Source of the DNA: Carcharhinus amblyrhynchos
Lineage: Eukaryota
Length of the DNA stretch: 64,000 nucleotides
Direction of reading: 5' to 3'
NCBI GenBank assembly: GCA_965287045.1
Contig: OZ336882.1
Span: forward strand, 43,772,001 to 43,836,000
Below are positions 12,050-25,010 of this stretch, in pieces. The notes beneath the pieces are model-generated. The model saw nothing but the letters and a program-made list of their open reading frames with translations. It did no database searches and was not told the origin of the DNA. Every line of letters begins with the position of its first letter. The stretch's first letter is position 1. A program made the translations under genes and the position numbers.

Positions 12050-12365
12050 ATCATAGAATCCTACAATGCAGGAGAAGGCCATTCAACCCATCAAATCTGC
12101 ACCGACCACGATCCCACCCAGCCTCTATCCCTATAACCCCGTGCAATTACCCTGGCTAGTCCCCCTGACACTAAGGGACAATTTAGCATGGCCAATCCAC
12201 CTAACCCACACATCTTTGGACTGTGGGAGGAAACTGGAGCACCCAGAGGAAACCCACACAGATATGAGGAGAATGTGCAAACTCCACACAAACAGTGATC
12301 CAAGCCGGGAATCAAACCCGAGGCCCTGGCACTGTGAGGCAGCAGTGCTAACCACTGTGCCGCCT
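12050..12365 (-). mobile_element. HE1/V-type SINE (type A)
   Basis: Full head and body with catagaatc tail. Confidence 0.9.
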
Positions 12366-12699
12366 TCATGAAAGATGATTGAATCAGAATATTTAATTAG
12401 CTGGTCCTTCTTCTGTGAACTGGTTGGCTGCACTCTCACTTGTCCTGCAATCGTTGGAGGCAGATTGGGTCAGGCTTAAAATTTTTAAGGTTTTATCATC
12501 TTATGCAATCCCAACCCAATCATTTAATGTGGGTTGAAATCCAGCCCATGTTTCAAAGGGCTACTTAGTATGAACACTCAACCTGAAAGACATGAGAAGT
12601 GCAGTTGTGGGAGTGAACAAAACCCATTTGAGTAAAACTTTTTTGAGCATGAAAAGACTACAGCACTGACATCGGCCAAACTAAATGACAAATTTTTCA

Positions 12700-13930
12700 T
12701 GGATCCTGTTCACAAAAAGCAGGACAAATACAACCTGGTCAATTACCCTTCATCAGTCTATTGTCAATTATCAGGAAAGTGATGGAAGGTGTTGAAGACA
12801 ATGCTATCAAGCAAAAAAATCATTCAACAATAGCCTGGATATTGATGCTGTATTTGGGAACTGCTGCAGCCACTTGGCACCAAATCTCATTACAGCCTTG
12901 GACCAAAGGCGGACAGAAGGGTTGTACTCCAGTTGTGTGGAAGTGATTCTCCTTGACATCAAGACAGCATTCGACCAAGTGCAGCATCAAGGGCTACCAC
13001 CAAAATGGGAATCAGGGAAAATTTCTTCACTGCTTAGAGCCATACTTGGCATAAAAGAAGATTATTGTAGATGTTGGAGACTAATCATCTATGCACCAAA
13101 ATATCATTGCAGGAGTTCTTTAGGCTAGTGTCCTGGACCCAACTATCTTTAGCTGCTTCATCAATGACCTTCCCTCCATTAAAGTTCGGAATGGGGATGT
13201 TCACTAATGATTGTACTGCGTTCAGTACTATTCACAGCTCTTCAGATATTGATGCAATGTAATCTGTGTTCATATGCATCAAGACCTGAACAACTTTCAG
13301 GGTTGGGCTGATAAATGGCTAGTAACATTTGTACCAAGAGTGCCAGGCAATGATCATCCAAACTAACAGAGTATCTATCTCTCCCCCTTGAGGTTCAATG
13401 ACAACACCATTGCTGAATCCCCCACCATCAACTTTCTGGGGTTTACTAATATTGTGGTTACAATTGCAGGTCAGAGGCTTAGAATTCTGCAGTGAGTAGT
13501 TCAGTTCCAGACTCTCCAAAGTCTGTCCACTATCTTCAAGACACATGTTAGCATTGTGATGGAACACTCTGCACTTGCCTACTTCCTCCATTACCAGTAG
13601 CTTTGTTACTTGTCCATTCAGGGATTCTTTTATATATGTATGGGAATCTCAGGTCTCCTGGCACTCCGAGTGCTGACTCAGAACTTGTAACATTCTATGA
13701 ACACAGAACTCTATGTGCACAGTAGCAACAGTTTGTACTATATACAAGGTGCACTGCAGCAACTCACCAAGGCTCCTTTAGTGCACCTTTCAAACCTGCG
13801 ACCTCTACCACCTAGAAGAACACAGTGATAGGTACATGAGATACCGTCATTTTAAAGTTTCTTTCCAAGTCACACACCACCCTGAGTGGGAACTATATCA
13901 CCATGACTATGTTCTTTCACTATTGCACTG
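12700..13930 (+). mobile_element. Old CR1/L2-group LINE RT fragment
   Basis: PVHKKQDKYN, SIIRKVMEG, LDIKTAFDQVQHQGL, degenerate GVPQGSVLGP near 13110-13140, MFTNDC (FADD-like). Many stops and frameshifts. Confidence 0.85.
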
Positions 13931-14349
13931 TTAGAACTACAAGCTCAGGAAGAAAGAAATGATGGATGCCAGAGGGAGTCAGGAATTTTTGGGTGGGAGG
14001 GATTGGGCTGCATAGGGATGGTTTCGAGTGGGTGGGGGTAGTTGGCTTTGGCGGCTAGATAAGAGCGGAAGAGGAGGATAAAATTTTGACAGGGCTGTGG
14101 TACCCCCTCGATGCACGCAGGTCAACCCCGCAAAGGACACACACACCTTATCCTCCTAATTTATTAAACATTTAGAAAACAGCCTGTCCTCCTGTTCGTG
14201 CCACCTGTATTATGGAGTGGGCAGAGTGCTATCCAGGTCATTTGCCTTGTTAACAAGCCATAATTATTGATTTAAAAATGGCAGGCAGGCTGCTGATTTC
14301 AGCATTTGCGCACCTTCCATATTAAAGGACACATATTAAGTGACATGGA

Positions 14350-14625
14350 GCAGCATGGTGGCACAGTGTTTAGCACTGCTGCTTCACAGCGCCAGGGACC
14401 TGGGTTTGATTCCTGGCTCAGATCACTGACTGTGCAGAGTCTGCATGTTCTCCTCATGTCTGCGTGGGTTTCCTCCAGGTACTCTGGTTTCCTCCCACAG
14501 TCCAAAAGATATGCTTGTTAGATGCATTGGCCATGATAAATTCTTGCTCAGTGTACCTGAACAGGTGCCAGATTGTGGCAATTAGGGGATTTCCACTTCA
14601 TTGCAGTGACTAAGATTAAATAAAA
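14350..14625 (+). mobile_element. HE1/V-type SINE (type B)
   Basis: tRNA-like head; ctcagtgtacctgaacaggtgccaga..ttcattgcagtg tail. Confidence 0.85.
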
Positions 14626-15544
14626 AAAAAGCTTAGGTGGTGGGTGGGAAGGGGATGTGTTTTCCACCTGTTAGAGTATACCTTCACCCCACTGCCAAAA
14701 AAAACAGTTGGCATGGGTCTATAAAATCCAGCCCATGGTCTTGACATTGAATTACCTCAGGCAACCAACTAATACTTTTTCTCCTGAAAAGTCTTGCAAT
14801 CTATCACAAAATCATTGATCCGCGAGTGCAGGGACTGACTATTGATAAAGTTTAGACATATCATGGCAAAATCATTTTGGTCAAGTAAAGATTAACAAAC
14901 TATTTCTTAGCCAATGATAATATTTCTATAATTCCCAAAAATTAGCTCCTGGTTAGTTTACAATGATCCGACTATTTTGGAGTATTGAGCACAGCTAAGG
15001 CCTACAAACAATCCTAACTATCACCACAAAATACTGTCAGTACTGAATAAGGTCAGCAGTCCCAAGATCCCAAACTCAATTATGACTCATTATTTTTGTT
15101 CCGTTTGAATCACCTCCAGCTAAGTATTTAATTCAAGATGTAATCATTAATACAAAGCTCGGATTAATCAAGCATGGCGTTCTTTAATCAATCAAGCTAT
15201 TCTTGGTCTCAGTGAGGCAGGGCTTCTCTTTTATGGTAGCACAACCAAATGAGACTGAGCATATATAATATTCAGTAACTTATTAGTAAGGTGTCTCATG
15301 ACAGTTTATCTGATATAACCAGAAAATCAACTTTGGCATTGGTCGCCAACTGATCAGGAAAATGTCACATTAAAGTTACACTGCATCAGAAAGGAAATAT
15401 AATCCTGATCTATATTGCTAGACCATTATGAAGTCCTACCCAATGGTTGCAACACGGAAACAGACTACTTTGCTGAGCAAGTCCATGTCATCTCCAGACA
15501 TGCTTCTTCTCCTCCTTCTTCTTTAAACTAATGCCCACAACATT

Positions 15545-15930
15545 GTTTTATTCATTCTTGGGATGTGAGCATAGCTGGAAAAGCCAGCATTTGCTGTCCA
15601 TTGCTAATTGATCTTGGGTATTTAGTGATCTTCTTGAGCTGCTGCAGTTCATCTAGTCTTGGTACGCCCACATCGCTGTTAGGAAGAGGGTTCCAGGTTG
15701 TTGGACACAGCAATCTTGAAGGATCAGCAATATAGTTTCAAATCAGGTTGGTGTGTGGCTTAGAGGAGAACTTGGTGATGTTCCAGTGCATCTGCTGCTC
15801 TTGGAGGGGGCTGTTGAAGGAGGTTTGGCAAGTGCTGCATTGTATCTTGTGGACTGTACCTGCGTTGATTGTGGAGGAAGTGAATGTTTAAGGTGCGGAA
15901 TGGGGGTAATGATTCAACAGGTTGCTTTGT
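15545..15930 (-). mobile_element. 3' end of an old CR1/L2-group LINE
   Basis: Reverse complement resembles 13730-13930 and ends aaatgctggcttttccagctatgctcacatcccaagaatgaataaaa, the tail also used by family-C SINEs. Confidence 0.7.
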
Positions 15931-15932
15931 CA

Positions 15933-16255
15933 TGGAGGCGATGGTCTAGTTGTATTATCCAGAAACTCAGCTAATGTTCTGGGAACCCTGCTTGAAATCC
16001 CACCACATCAGATAGAATAATTTAAGTTCAATTTAAAAAATCTGGGATTAAGAATCTACTGATGACCATGAAACCATTGCCAAATATTGGAAAAGCCCTA
16101 GTTCACTAATGTCCTTTAGGGAAACAAATCTACCATTCTTACATTGGACTCCAGAGCCACAGCAATGTGGTTGACTCTCAGCTGCCCTCAGGCAACTAGG
16201 GATGGGCTATAAATGCTACCCAGCCAGTGACACTCATATCCCACAAATAAAAAAA
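15933..16255 (+). mobile_element. tRNA-derived SINE family C
   Basis: ggaggcgatggtctagt..aaatcccacca head; gttcactaatgtcctttaggga core; ggcaactagggatgggc..aaatgct..catatccca tail. Confidence 0.8.
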
Positions 16256-16499
16256 CTTATTAAGTTTTAATCCAATTTAAGGGTAACTTGGCCACAGAAA
16301 GGTAATTGAACATGCTGTGATAGACAATCTTCTTCACTTACAAAAATATTGAAATGGACTCAGAACTGGAGGCAGCTAGTTACACAGGTGGTAAGATGAA
16401 ACCCATGAAAGCCCACGCAACCGATAACATCACCCGTGCATGCTCATACTCACTAAAGACACTAGCATATGCATTCAAATAAAAAAATGCTTCCTTTTT

Positions 16500-16765
16500 G
16501 AAGTTTATTATTAGTATCACAAGTAGGCTTACATTAACATTGCAATGAAGTTACTGTGAAAATCCCCTAGTTGCCACACTCCGGCATCTGTTCGGGTACA
16601 CTGAGGAAGAATTTAGCATGGCCAGCACATCTTTCAGACTGTGGGAGGAAACTGGAGCAAACCCATGCAGACAACATGCAGACTCCACACAAAGATCCAA
16701 GCTGGGAATTGAACCCAGGTCCTGATGAAGGAACAGGGCTAACTACTGTGCTACCATTCCGCCCT
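16500..16765 (-). mobile_element. HE1/V-type SINE (type B)
   Basis: Reverse complement of the type-B tail (cacaagtaggcttacattaacattgcaatgaagttactgtgaaaatccc) plus the body. Confidence 0.87.
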
Positions 16766-17788
16766 AACACTCCATAACAAGTCTATTGACCATTATTTCA
16801 TTATTGTTGTCAGTATTTTGAAAGCAAGTAAACACTTCATTCATTAGTGATATTAAAGCAACTTAACTGCAAGAAAAAGCTGTTCTATTTAGTACATAAG
16901 TAAATGAAAGTTTTCAGAATATATTTCAACACAAACTGTCTATTTTATTATTTATGCTAACAAAAAATTACCTCAGACATAACTCTAAATCTTATTCTAG
17001 GTCATCAGCATATTGGCAAGCTAATGCTGAATATCAAAGGAAATATACTGGAAGTGTAAATGCTTTCAGCACACTGTAAACATCAGTGTCATGTTGATAA
17101 ATGCAAAATGCGTTGCATCAGTGGTAAACAATATAAATAAAAAATAATTAGTGTTTTGTTAAGCAAAGAGGACATAGAGAAGTATCTGACACTCACAGTT
17201 GGATGAACATGAAATGTCATGCCATATGTGGATAAATAATGAGTATACACCAAATTATAAACTCTGAAGATAATTGATCACTTATGACAGACATAGTTCA
17301 GCCCATTTTAATTTCTCTTTCTAGAAGCACCCAACACGCCCTTGACTGCTGCAACAAATGATCTCTTGAATGAGACTAGAGTTTCCCAGGAGTCCAGCAT
17401 CTAAAGGTATATCTGAGAGAAATATTGTCTGCAGTCTGGAATCTCAGAGCCATTTTCAGGCTGAATAATGTATTTGTACAATATAAAATATTGACTCATA
17501 TACCAGAGAGGAAGCTTAAAAAATTACAAGGAACTAGGCGATTTCACCCTATTATTCCATGTTCTTAATTATTCTTGACATATGCACCGGTCCAAATAAC
17601 ATGTCATTCCTTTGTTCCAATTTATTGTTCCAATTTATGTCCCTTCCATTCAACAATCCAAGTGACATACCCTTTAACTGTTAGTATGATCTCTGCTTCA
17701 TTCACTAACCTTGTTAGTGTGTATCAGTCTCAAAACTTTCTGGGAAAAACAGTTTCCCTTGCTCCCTGTTATAAACCACTTCCCAATT

Positions 17789-19170
17789 TGTTACAATTCT
17801 GGACAAGGTACCCCCAAAATGTTATTCTCCGGAGTGAGGAAGGATGAACTGGCTCCCCTTTTTTAATCAACTCCCTCGGTTAATTTAAAATCCCTTCCCT
17901 CGTGGATATTTTTTCCCAATCCAAATGAATTTATGTTTTAAAGGAAGACTTTCTTGAGTTAAAGAAAGGGTGAGTTTATTAGTTACTAAAACATGTGAAG
18001 AAAGTAATAAAATGCAACATACATAAACACAGATTAGAAATGAGAAGTGCATCCAAAAACAAAGTCAAAAAAGATGTTCCAAGCAGTCATTGGCTTATAT
18101 GTGAGATGGTGAAATGTTGTGGGCATTAACTTGGGTGATTCTGGTAGCACTGCCTTCGGCAGCTGAGCTGTTGGTTTGGAGATTCTTAGTTCTGAAAATC
18201 ACTGAACAGATTTCTCCTGCTTCCTTTTTCACCATGGCCTTATGACTTGTCTTGCTTCCAGCAATCAGAGAAAGACTTTTTACCTGCCAGAGCAGGGGTG
18301 TCGAGTGAACGTTCTTCAGTTGTGAGCTTCACTAAAACAGTCGAACTAGAACACCAGACTAGCTCGCACTGACCAGGGTTGCAGCTAGTTTTTAACCCTT
18401 TTTTTAGGTATTTCTGGGGAAGTGGAAAATCGTAAACATGATTGGGATAAAACTCACAGGAATCGGTCTCCACTGAGATGGTAATCAGCTTTCATTATCT
18501 CTGCCAGAGATAACAGTCCAGTTTTTGTATTACATCTCTTCCTTTGAAATGTCTCTGTCTGAAAAAGGCCACAGCATTCTATTGTCCCTCTCGACTGAAT
18601 ATAATTCACATGTTTACAACACTTTAAGTGAAGTAATTCTTCCTTATTTCTGTTATAAATCTTGTACCCATTAGTCAAAAACTATGGCCTCTTCTTTTAG
18701 AATGTCCAATACAGGGAAACATCTGCTCTGCATCTACCCTGTCAAGTCCCTTTAGCATCTGGAAAATTCTAGCCCTTGTTTTTAAGTGTCCAATAGTCTT
18801 GTCTGTATCACTTTCTTCTTTACAAATAGAGAAGCAGCTCTCAACTTCATCTTACTTGGTTGATAACATGAAAACAGTCTTTTTCTGCTCTTCATATCAG
18901 TAGTTGAATTGGATCTCTCTCTGTCTCTTTCTCACCCTCTCAGTGTCCAAAACACAACTGTCCCTATTTTGTGCCAGAATATGAAAACTGTTAATTGATT
19001 TTCACCAAATTTTTATTTGGCTTTCTTTCCACATGGCAACTAGATCACATGGGTTTGTCCCTGGAGGTTTAGTACAACCGATACTCCACCCCCAGAATAT
19101 TCTGTTTTACTTTGTGTTAAAGGGAACATTTTAAAATGTAACCATCTTGTAAAGTCCTACATTTGCAACA
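17789..19170 (-). mobile_element. Probable solo LTR (TGTT...AACA) containing a CR1 fragment at about 18610-18760
   Basis: Ends tgttac / gcaaca, with tttatt (AATAAA on minus) near 17976. No clear TSD. Confidence 0.45.
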
Positions 19171-19171
19171 T

Positions 19172-19582
19172 CTGTCAAGACCAGAGAAGTTGGATTAATA
19201 TCCTCAGGACAGAGAATGTTAAGGGGAGATTTAGTACACATATTTTTATAATGATGAGGCACATAGGGAGAAACTATTTCTGGTGACATCAGGGTTAGAA
19301 AGCTGAGGGCATAAATATAATTAACAAAAGAACCAGAGTTGGGATAAAGAGACTTTTTAAAAAAGTGCAGTGAGCTGTTATGATTTGGAATGGACTGCCT
19401 GAAATGGTAGTGGAAGCAGATTTGATGGCAACTTTCAAAACAGAATTGGTTGTATTCATGAAAAAGAAAACAATTGCAGATCTATGGGGAAAGAGCAAAG
19501 GAATGTAACAAACTGGATAGCTCTTTCAAAGAGATGGCATAGGTTCAATGGGCTGAACGGCCTTATTCTGCATTGCATGATT
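19172..19582 (+). mobile_element. Degenerate CR1 3' fragment
   Basis: ttaaggggagattta, atttggaatggactgcctgaaatggtagtggaagcaga, atgggctgaacggcct tail. Confidence 0.75.
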
Positions 19583-20799
19583 CCAAGCCTAATTTTAAAC
19601 AAGTTAAATGTTAAAGTTTTTCCTTCTCTTCTTTGGTAAAGTATGACTTCCTTACCTGACACTTGGTAATATTCACTAAATGAGGACTTGCAAACTGGAG
19701 TCAAGGACATTAACAATTCACAGGATGATCAAACACTGAAAATGGAATTTGTTTTTATGTAATCTTCAGGACCGAATTTCATTCAGAATATGAATTAATG
19801 GTGTTTTTGCAACCTTTTGAATCTAACATATTTCAATAAAAAGAGGGTCTTGTTCCATCTTTGTGTGAAGTGCGGCTTTTGTTACTGAAATAAGATGTGT
19901 TTGAGGATGAAATCACAATTCTAGCACAACTGTTTAGAAATCTTTCAGTTATAATTGAACATGATACTGATGCTACACAAGCTATGCTAATTTCAAATTA
20001 GTTTCCATATTAGAGGGATATTTGCAGCATTGTGCATTTAGCTATAATCTGGCTGTTAAGACAACAGGTATTAACCCAATAAATTAGCAGCATACCAAAG
20101 GAACTGAAGTACCATTTTGTGTCAGAAAAATGTCAAGAGAAAGAGCACAAACATAGAAATGTAGCTCCCATTATTCAGCTTACATATCAACATATTGGTC
20201 ATTCTATTTAATCTCATTCTTGGTTGTCACTCACTAAAGATATCTGCTGCCCCCCTTGGTTTTATCTACCAGTTCAGCAGCCCTTGGGATTTCTTTGCTG
20301 TCCATTCCTGCAATTACACAAAAGATACTGATTGAAGTACTGAAGCGTAAGATAGTGGATGCGCCATAAATTTCTGACAGTCAGGAGCTGTCTCCTACAT
20401 GATTTGCTACTGCAAGCAAATGCTTATTTCTTTTTCAATACAGTACTGCTAGCATTGATTAACATTTCTCTCTCAAAGTCCTTTATTTATCAATCTCAGG
20501 TATGGAAGTCACAAAGGAGAAGAACAATTCCGAGTATTTCGTTTGTCCTTTAAAATTAAACTTAGAATCATACAACACCGAAGGAGGACATTCAACACAT
20601 CAAGCCTATGCAATCTCTTTGAAACAGCTATCCAATTAATTATATTCCTTCCTTTTTCCCCCTTAGATTAAAAAGTGCAAAAGAACAGGTGAAGTCTTTA
20701 CAACATGTTCATTACTTTGAAACAGAAGTATTATTAAAATTAATTTTAACTGTACATACAGAATTTATTGTAATTAACACATCTTTAGGAATATCATGG

Positions 20800-21165
20800 A
20801 GAGGGGATGATATAGTGGTACTGTCACTGGACTAGTAAGCTAAAAACCCAGGGTAATGTTCTGGGCATCTGGGTTCAAATCTCACCAGCTGATGGAATTT
20901 GAATTCCATAATGAAAAAAACCTAGAATTAGAAAGGTGTAATCGGGACACTATTGTCAATTGCCATAAACACCCATCTGGTTCTCGAATGTTCTTTATCG
21001 AAGAAAACCTGCCATTCTTATCTGACCCGGCCCACATGTGACTCCAGATTCACAGCAATGTGGTTGACTCTTAAATGCCCTCAGAAATGGCCACTCAGTT
21101 CAAGGGCAATTAGGGATGGGCAATAAATGCTGGCCCAGCCAGCAATGCCCACACCCCAAAATGAA
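20800..21165 (+). mobile_element. SINE family C
   Basis: tagtggtactgtcactggactagtaa..gggttcaaatctcacca head; agggcaattagggatgggcaataaatgctggcccagcc tail. Confidence 0.85.
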
Positions 21166-21774
21166 AAGATTTCCATTCATGCCACTACTTCTGTCCAAAT
21201 TAAAACATCAATAACAAATAATGAATTCACTTCTGACTCTATTAATTATTTTAAAAAGCAAAAAAGTGATTATGGTATCGACAATAATTGTTCACGTAAC
21301 AGTTGCTGTATTAGACCCCTTCCCACACATAATGGGAATTCCCATAATGGGAGTGCCCAGAAGCCCACCCCTTTCACAGCCCCCAACACTGCCACCCTGC
21401 CACTGCCAAGTTGCCACAACCAAGATGACACTGCTAGGCTGCCAGGGGACAGTGAAAGGATGTTCCCCTGGCATGTCCCTCTCCTCCTGCAGGCTGTACT
21501 GACCTTTGCACCACTGGCACATTCCTCGACAGCCTCAGATTTTGCAGAAGCTGTTATGTGCAGAAACCCTCTAAAAAACTTTAAATTTATTTCAATATAC
21601 TGAGGCTGAGAAGTTTATTGAGAGGGTAGGGAAATCCAAGAATGAGATCTCTCTGTTGAGATTCTGGTTCCTGCAATCTCACAGCATTTTCCACCAGTGA
21701 ACCATTTTTGCCTGTGATGAACGCTGGCTGAAAATCACCCCCCCACCCCGCCCTCTGTTTTTAGGGAACTGTAA

Positions 21775-22012
21775 ACAAAATTTCACAGAGTGAGCGGTTT
21801 GCTTCTGAGACGCTCTACCAGGAAGTGCGGTGGAGACAGGTTCAATCTAGGCATTCAAGAGGGTATTAGATGATTATCTGAACAGATGCAATGTGCAGGG
21901 GTACAAGGAAAAGATGGGGAAATAGCAATAAGTCATGATGCTCATTTGGAAAACCAGTGCAGACACAATGGGCTGAATGGCCTCTTGCGCTGTAACAGTT
22001 ATGTGATTCTGT
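21775..22012 (+). mobile_element. CR1 3' fragment
   Basis: gcattcaagagggtattagatgattatctg..atgggctgaatggcctc..gtgattct. Confidence 0.75.
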
Positions 22013-22309
22013 ATGAAGCAACTGGGGACATCTAAATAATAGCACCACATCCCACAAGGAACAGGGCCAGTTAAAAAACCTTGACTCCAATTTTAACCTG
22101 GAGTGGGAATTGCACACAGAGTTGGTGAGGTTAGGTAGAGAAGTCGCATCTCTGGCCACAACCCGAGTGCGAATGAATCTTTGGGAACTTCTACTAATTG
22201 TACTTATAGGTTTTTGCGGAGGTTCCAGAAATGAAGCTGAAATGTCTTGGTGCAGAGACACAGATACTGGGCCTCAAGTTGTCGGTGTAAAGGTATTGGA
22301 AGAAGACGC

Positions 22310-23002
22310 TGACTTTGATTTATATAGTGCTTTTCCTACCAGTTGAATACTTGTGAAGTGGAGTCATGGAGTGGCACAGTGGCACAGTAGTTAGCACTGC
22401 TACCCCACAGTGTCAGGAACCCAGGTTTGATTACTGGCTTTGGTCACTGTCAGTGTGAAGTTTGCACATTCTCCCTGTGTCTGCATGGGTTTCCTCTGGG
22501 TGCTCTGGTTTCCTCCCACAGTCTGAAAGATGTGGTGGTTAGGTGCATTGGCCATGCTAAATTCTCCCTCAGTATACTTGAACACATGCCAGAGTGTGGC
22601 AACTTGGGGATTTTCACAGTAACTTCATTGCAGTGCTAACGTAAAACTACTTGTGACACTAATAAATAAACTTTACTTTTCATTATTGTCATGTAGGAAA
22701 CACGATAGACACAAACAGCAATGTGATAATAACCACAAAATCTGTGTTTGTGATGTGGAAGGAATAATTATTGACAAAGACAATGAGATATCTCCCCTGC
22801 TCTTCTTCAGAATATTGCCATGGGATCTTTTACATCCGCAGGAGCAGGCAGAAGGGGCCCCAGTTTAAGATGTCATCTGATACCTCCAATGGTCCCTCGA
22901 GTGTCAGCCTTGATTTTTGGATTAAAGCCCTGGACTGGGATTGAATCTGGAATCTTGTGTCTCAGAGATAAGAGTTGTACCAACTGAGTCACAGCTGACA
23001 CA
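22310..23002 (-). mobile_element. Deu-domain SINE (SacSINE1/AmnSINE1-like), split by an HE1-type SINE
   Basis: aaacagcaatgtgataat..ctcccctgctcttcttc..tgccatgggatcttttacatcc..gagtgtcagcct..actgagtcacagctgacac matches the Deu-SINE consensus as I recall it. The tail atttatatagtgctttt lies at about 22318, on the other side of the inserted SINE. Confidence 0.75.
22368..22678 (+). mobile_element. HE1/V-type SINE (type B) nested in the Deu-SINE
   Basis: Full head and type-B tail ending cttgtgacactaataaataaa. Confidence 0.88.
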
Positions 23003-23454
23003 CTGGCTGCTTTGCTACTTGTTTGGTAACCCCTCCCTTTTCTCCTCCATTCCTTGCTCAATTCTCAACTGTTGGATTTCCTGTTTTCAAATCACATTGT
23101 GGATGTAATTCTTATAGAAACCACGTGTTGGAGGCTGTCACCAGGTTTTTGGTGTCACCCTAGAGGTCCTGATGGAGGAAATTCAGGGCAGAGCGGGAAA
23201 TCCTGTTCCCAGCATTCTTTGTAAGCTATCTAGTTTCAAAACTAGCAGGCCTAGACAGAGGTGGCACAAAGGGCTGAGTGCCAGCATCATGATTGGCAGA
23301 ATTTGAGGGACTTGAACCCAGGGCTCCTGGTCTTTAGGCAGGGGAGGCTACCACTGCACTACAAGACCTCCCACTAATACCTTATGATAGAATAATTTAA
23401 AAAAATACATCTGCAAAACACAACATGGGTAGAGTTTCTGTTCTGGACACAACT

Positions 23455-23745
23455 AGGGGCAAGTGGTTAGCACTGCTGCATGACAGTGTCAGTGACCCAG
23501 GTTCAATTCCTGGCTCAGGTCACTATCTGTGTGGAGATTGCACACTCTCCCCATGTCTGCGTGGGTTTCTTCCAGCTGCTCAGGTTTCCTTCCACCGCCT
23601 GAAGGACATGCTGGTTAGGTGTATTGGCCATGCTAAATTCTCCCTCAGTGTACCTGAACAGGTGCCAGAGTATGATGATTTGGTGATTTTCAGCGACTTC
23701 ATTGCAGTGTTAATGTAAGCCTATTTGTAACAATAATAAATAAAC
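23455..23745 (+). mobile_element. HE1/V-type SINE (type B)
   Basis: agtggttagcactgctgc head; gacttcattgcagtgttaatgtaagcc tail. Confidence 0.87.
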
Positions 23746-24492
23746 ATAAAAATGAGCAATTCCAGCACAAATTGCACCAACATAGTGTGTTTTTATAAAA
23801 ATATTGGGTTTTTTTCCGCAGACTTTCCACTCAAAATCATTTGCCTAAAGCTAAATGCAAAATCTGCTTTGAAGCTGTGTATTCAGGCAATGTTTTAAAA
23901 CTTTTTTTTAGAGAATAATTTGTTTTGGAAAATATTCCTTGATATATTGAATAGTGGTAATTTTGTGAAACTTGATCCATTCAGTTGACACATCAAGTAA
24001 AATAAGTATTTTTTAATCATGGTGTCAATTCACTGCCTGTGAGTAACCTGATTTTGGATTACCAACTAATTTTGAAAATATAGCAAACCATTTTCTAACC
24101 GGACTGAGATACAGTATTGAGTTCCTTCGTAAAGAAAAAACATTCACAACCTTTCAAAACATATCTGTTGTCTTCACACCCAAAAGTTCCAGCTTAATTT
24201 TTTGGACCCTCCACTAAGGCCTGTGATGAGCACAATTAGCAGAAACTGCTAATGATTAATTCACCCTGGGGGTATGGTCAGCTTTGTGTGGTGATAACTT
24301 CCAGCATAATGTTTTTTAGACTGGTACAAAAGATCACAGAGACTCAAGCTGTGATGAATGCAGTCCCTGCTCAGTAATCCGTGATCTCTTGTGACGTTTA
24401 CAGGAAAGGAAACTCCAAGCCATTTTCTACAAGTAATTGTTTTCTCTTAAAAAAATATGAAAATGATCAATACCATAACACTCAATCAGAAT

Positions 24493-24812
24493 GGTACCAT
24501 GGCACAATGGTTAGCACTGCTGCCCCACAGTGCCAGGAACCCAGGCTCAATTTCACTGTCACTGTCGGGTCACTGTCTGTGCGGACTTTGCACATTCTCT
24601 CCCTGTCTGCATGGGTTTTCTCCAGGTGTTCAGGTTTCCTCTCACAGTCCAAAGATATATGGGTTGTGTTGATTGGCCATGCTAAATTGATCCTAGTATT
24701 AGAGGATTAGCAGGATAAAGATATGGGGTTACAGGAATAAGGCCTGGGTGGGATTGTAATCGGTGCAGTCTCAATGGGCTGAATGGCCTACTTCTGCACC
24801 AATGGAATTCTA
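24493..24812 (+). mobile_element. HE1/V-type SINE (type A)
   Basis: Head plus atgggctgaatggcctacttctgcac tail. Confidence 0.87.
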
Positions 24813-25010
24813 TTAATCAGAGAAATATAAAGGCGCTGTCCCATGAATTAAATAAGATCTAAATGTAGACTGACCTACAGAGTATGAAAATACCTGTGTG
24901 GCTCTACTTTTGATTACACAAAGCAAAAAAAACAGACAAAAGGTATATTGTACGTTACTCTGGATTCCTCATTGTTTTATTACTTTATTTTCTTCATTTT
25001 CCTCTTGCAG

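Noticed and set aside
17325-17406. Plus-strand exon candidate after a strong acceptor
   Set aside because: Stops in all three frames and a weak donor.
19657-19736. Minus-strand exon candidate with good splice sites (ttttcag .. cag|gtaagg)
   Set aside because: Stops in all three frames; no other support.
23300-23366. tRNA-like sequence on the minus strand
   Set aside because: Degenerate A/B-box remnant without a full cloverleaf; more likely a SINE head than a tRNA gene.
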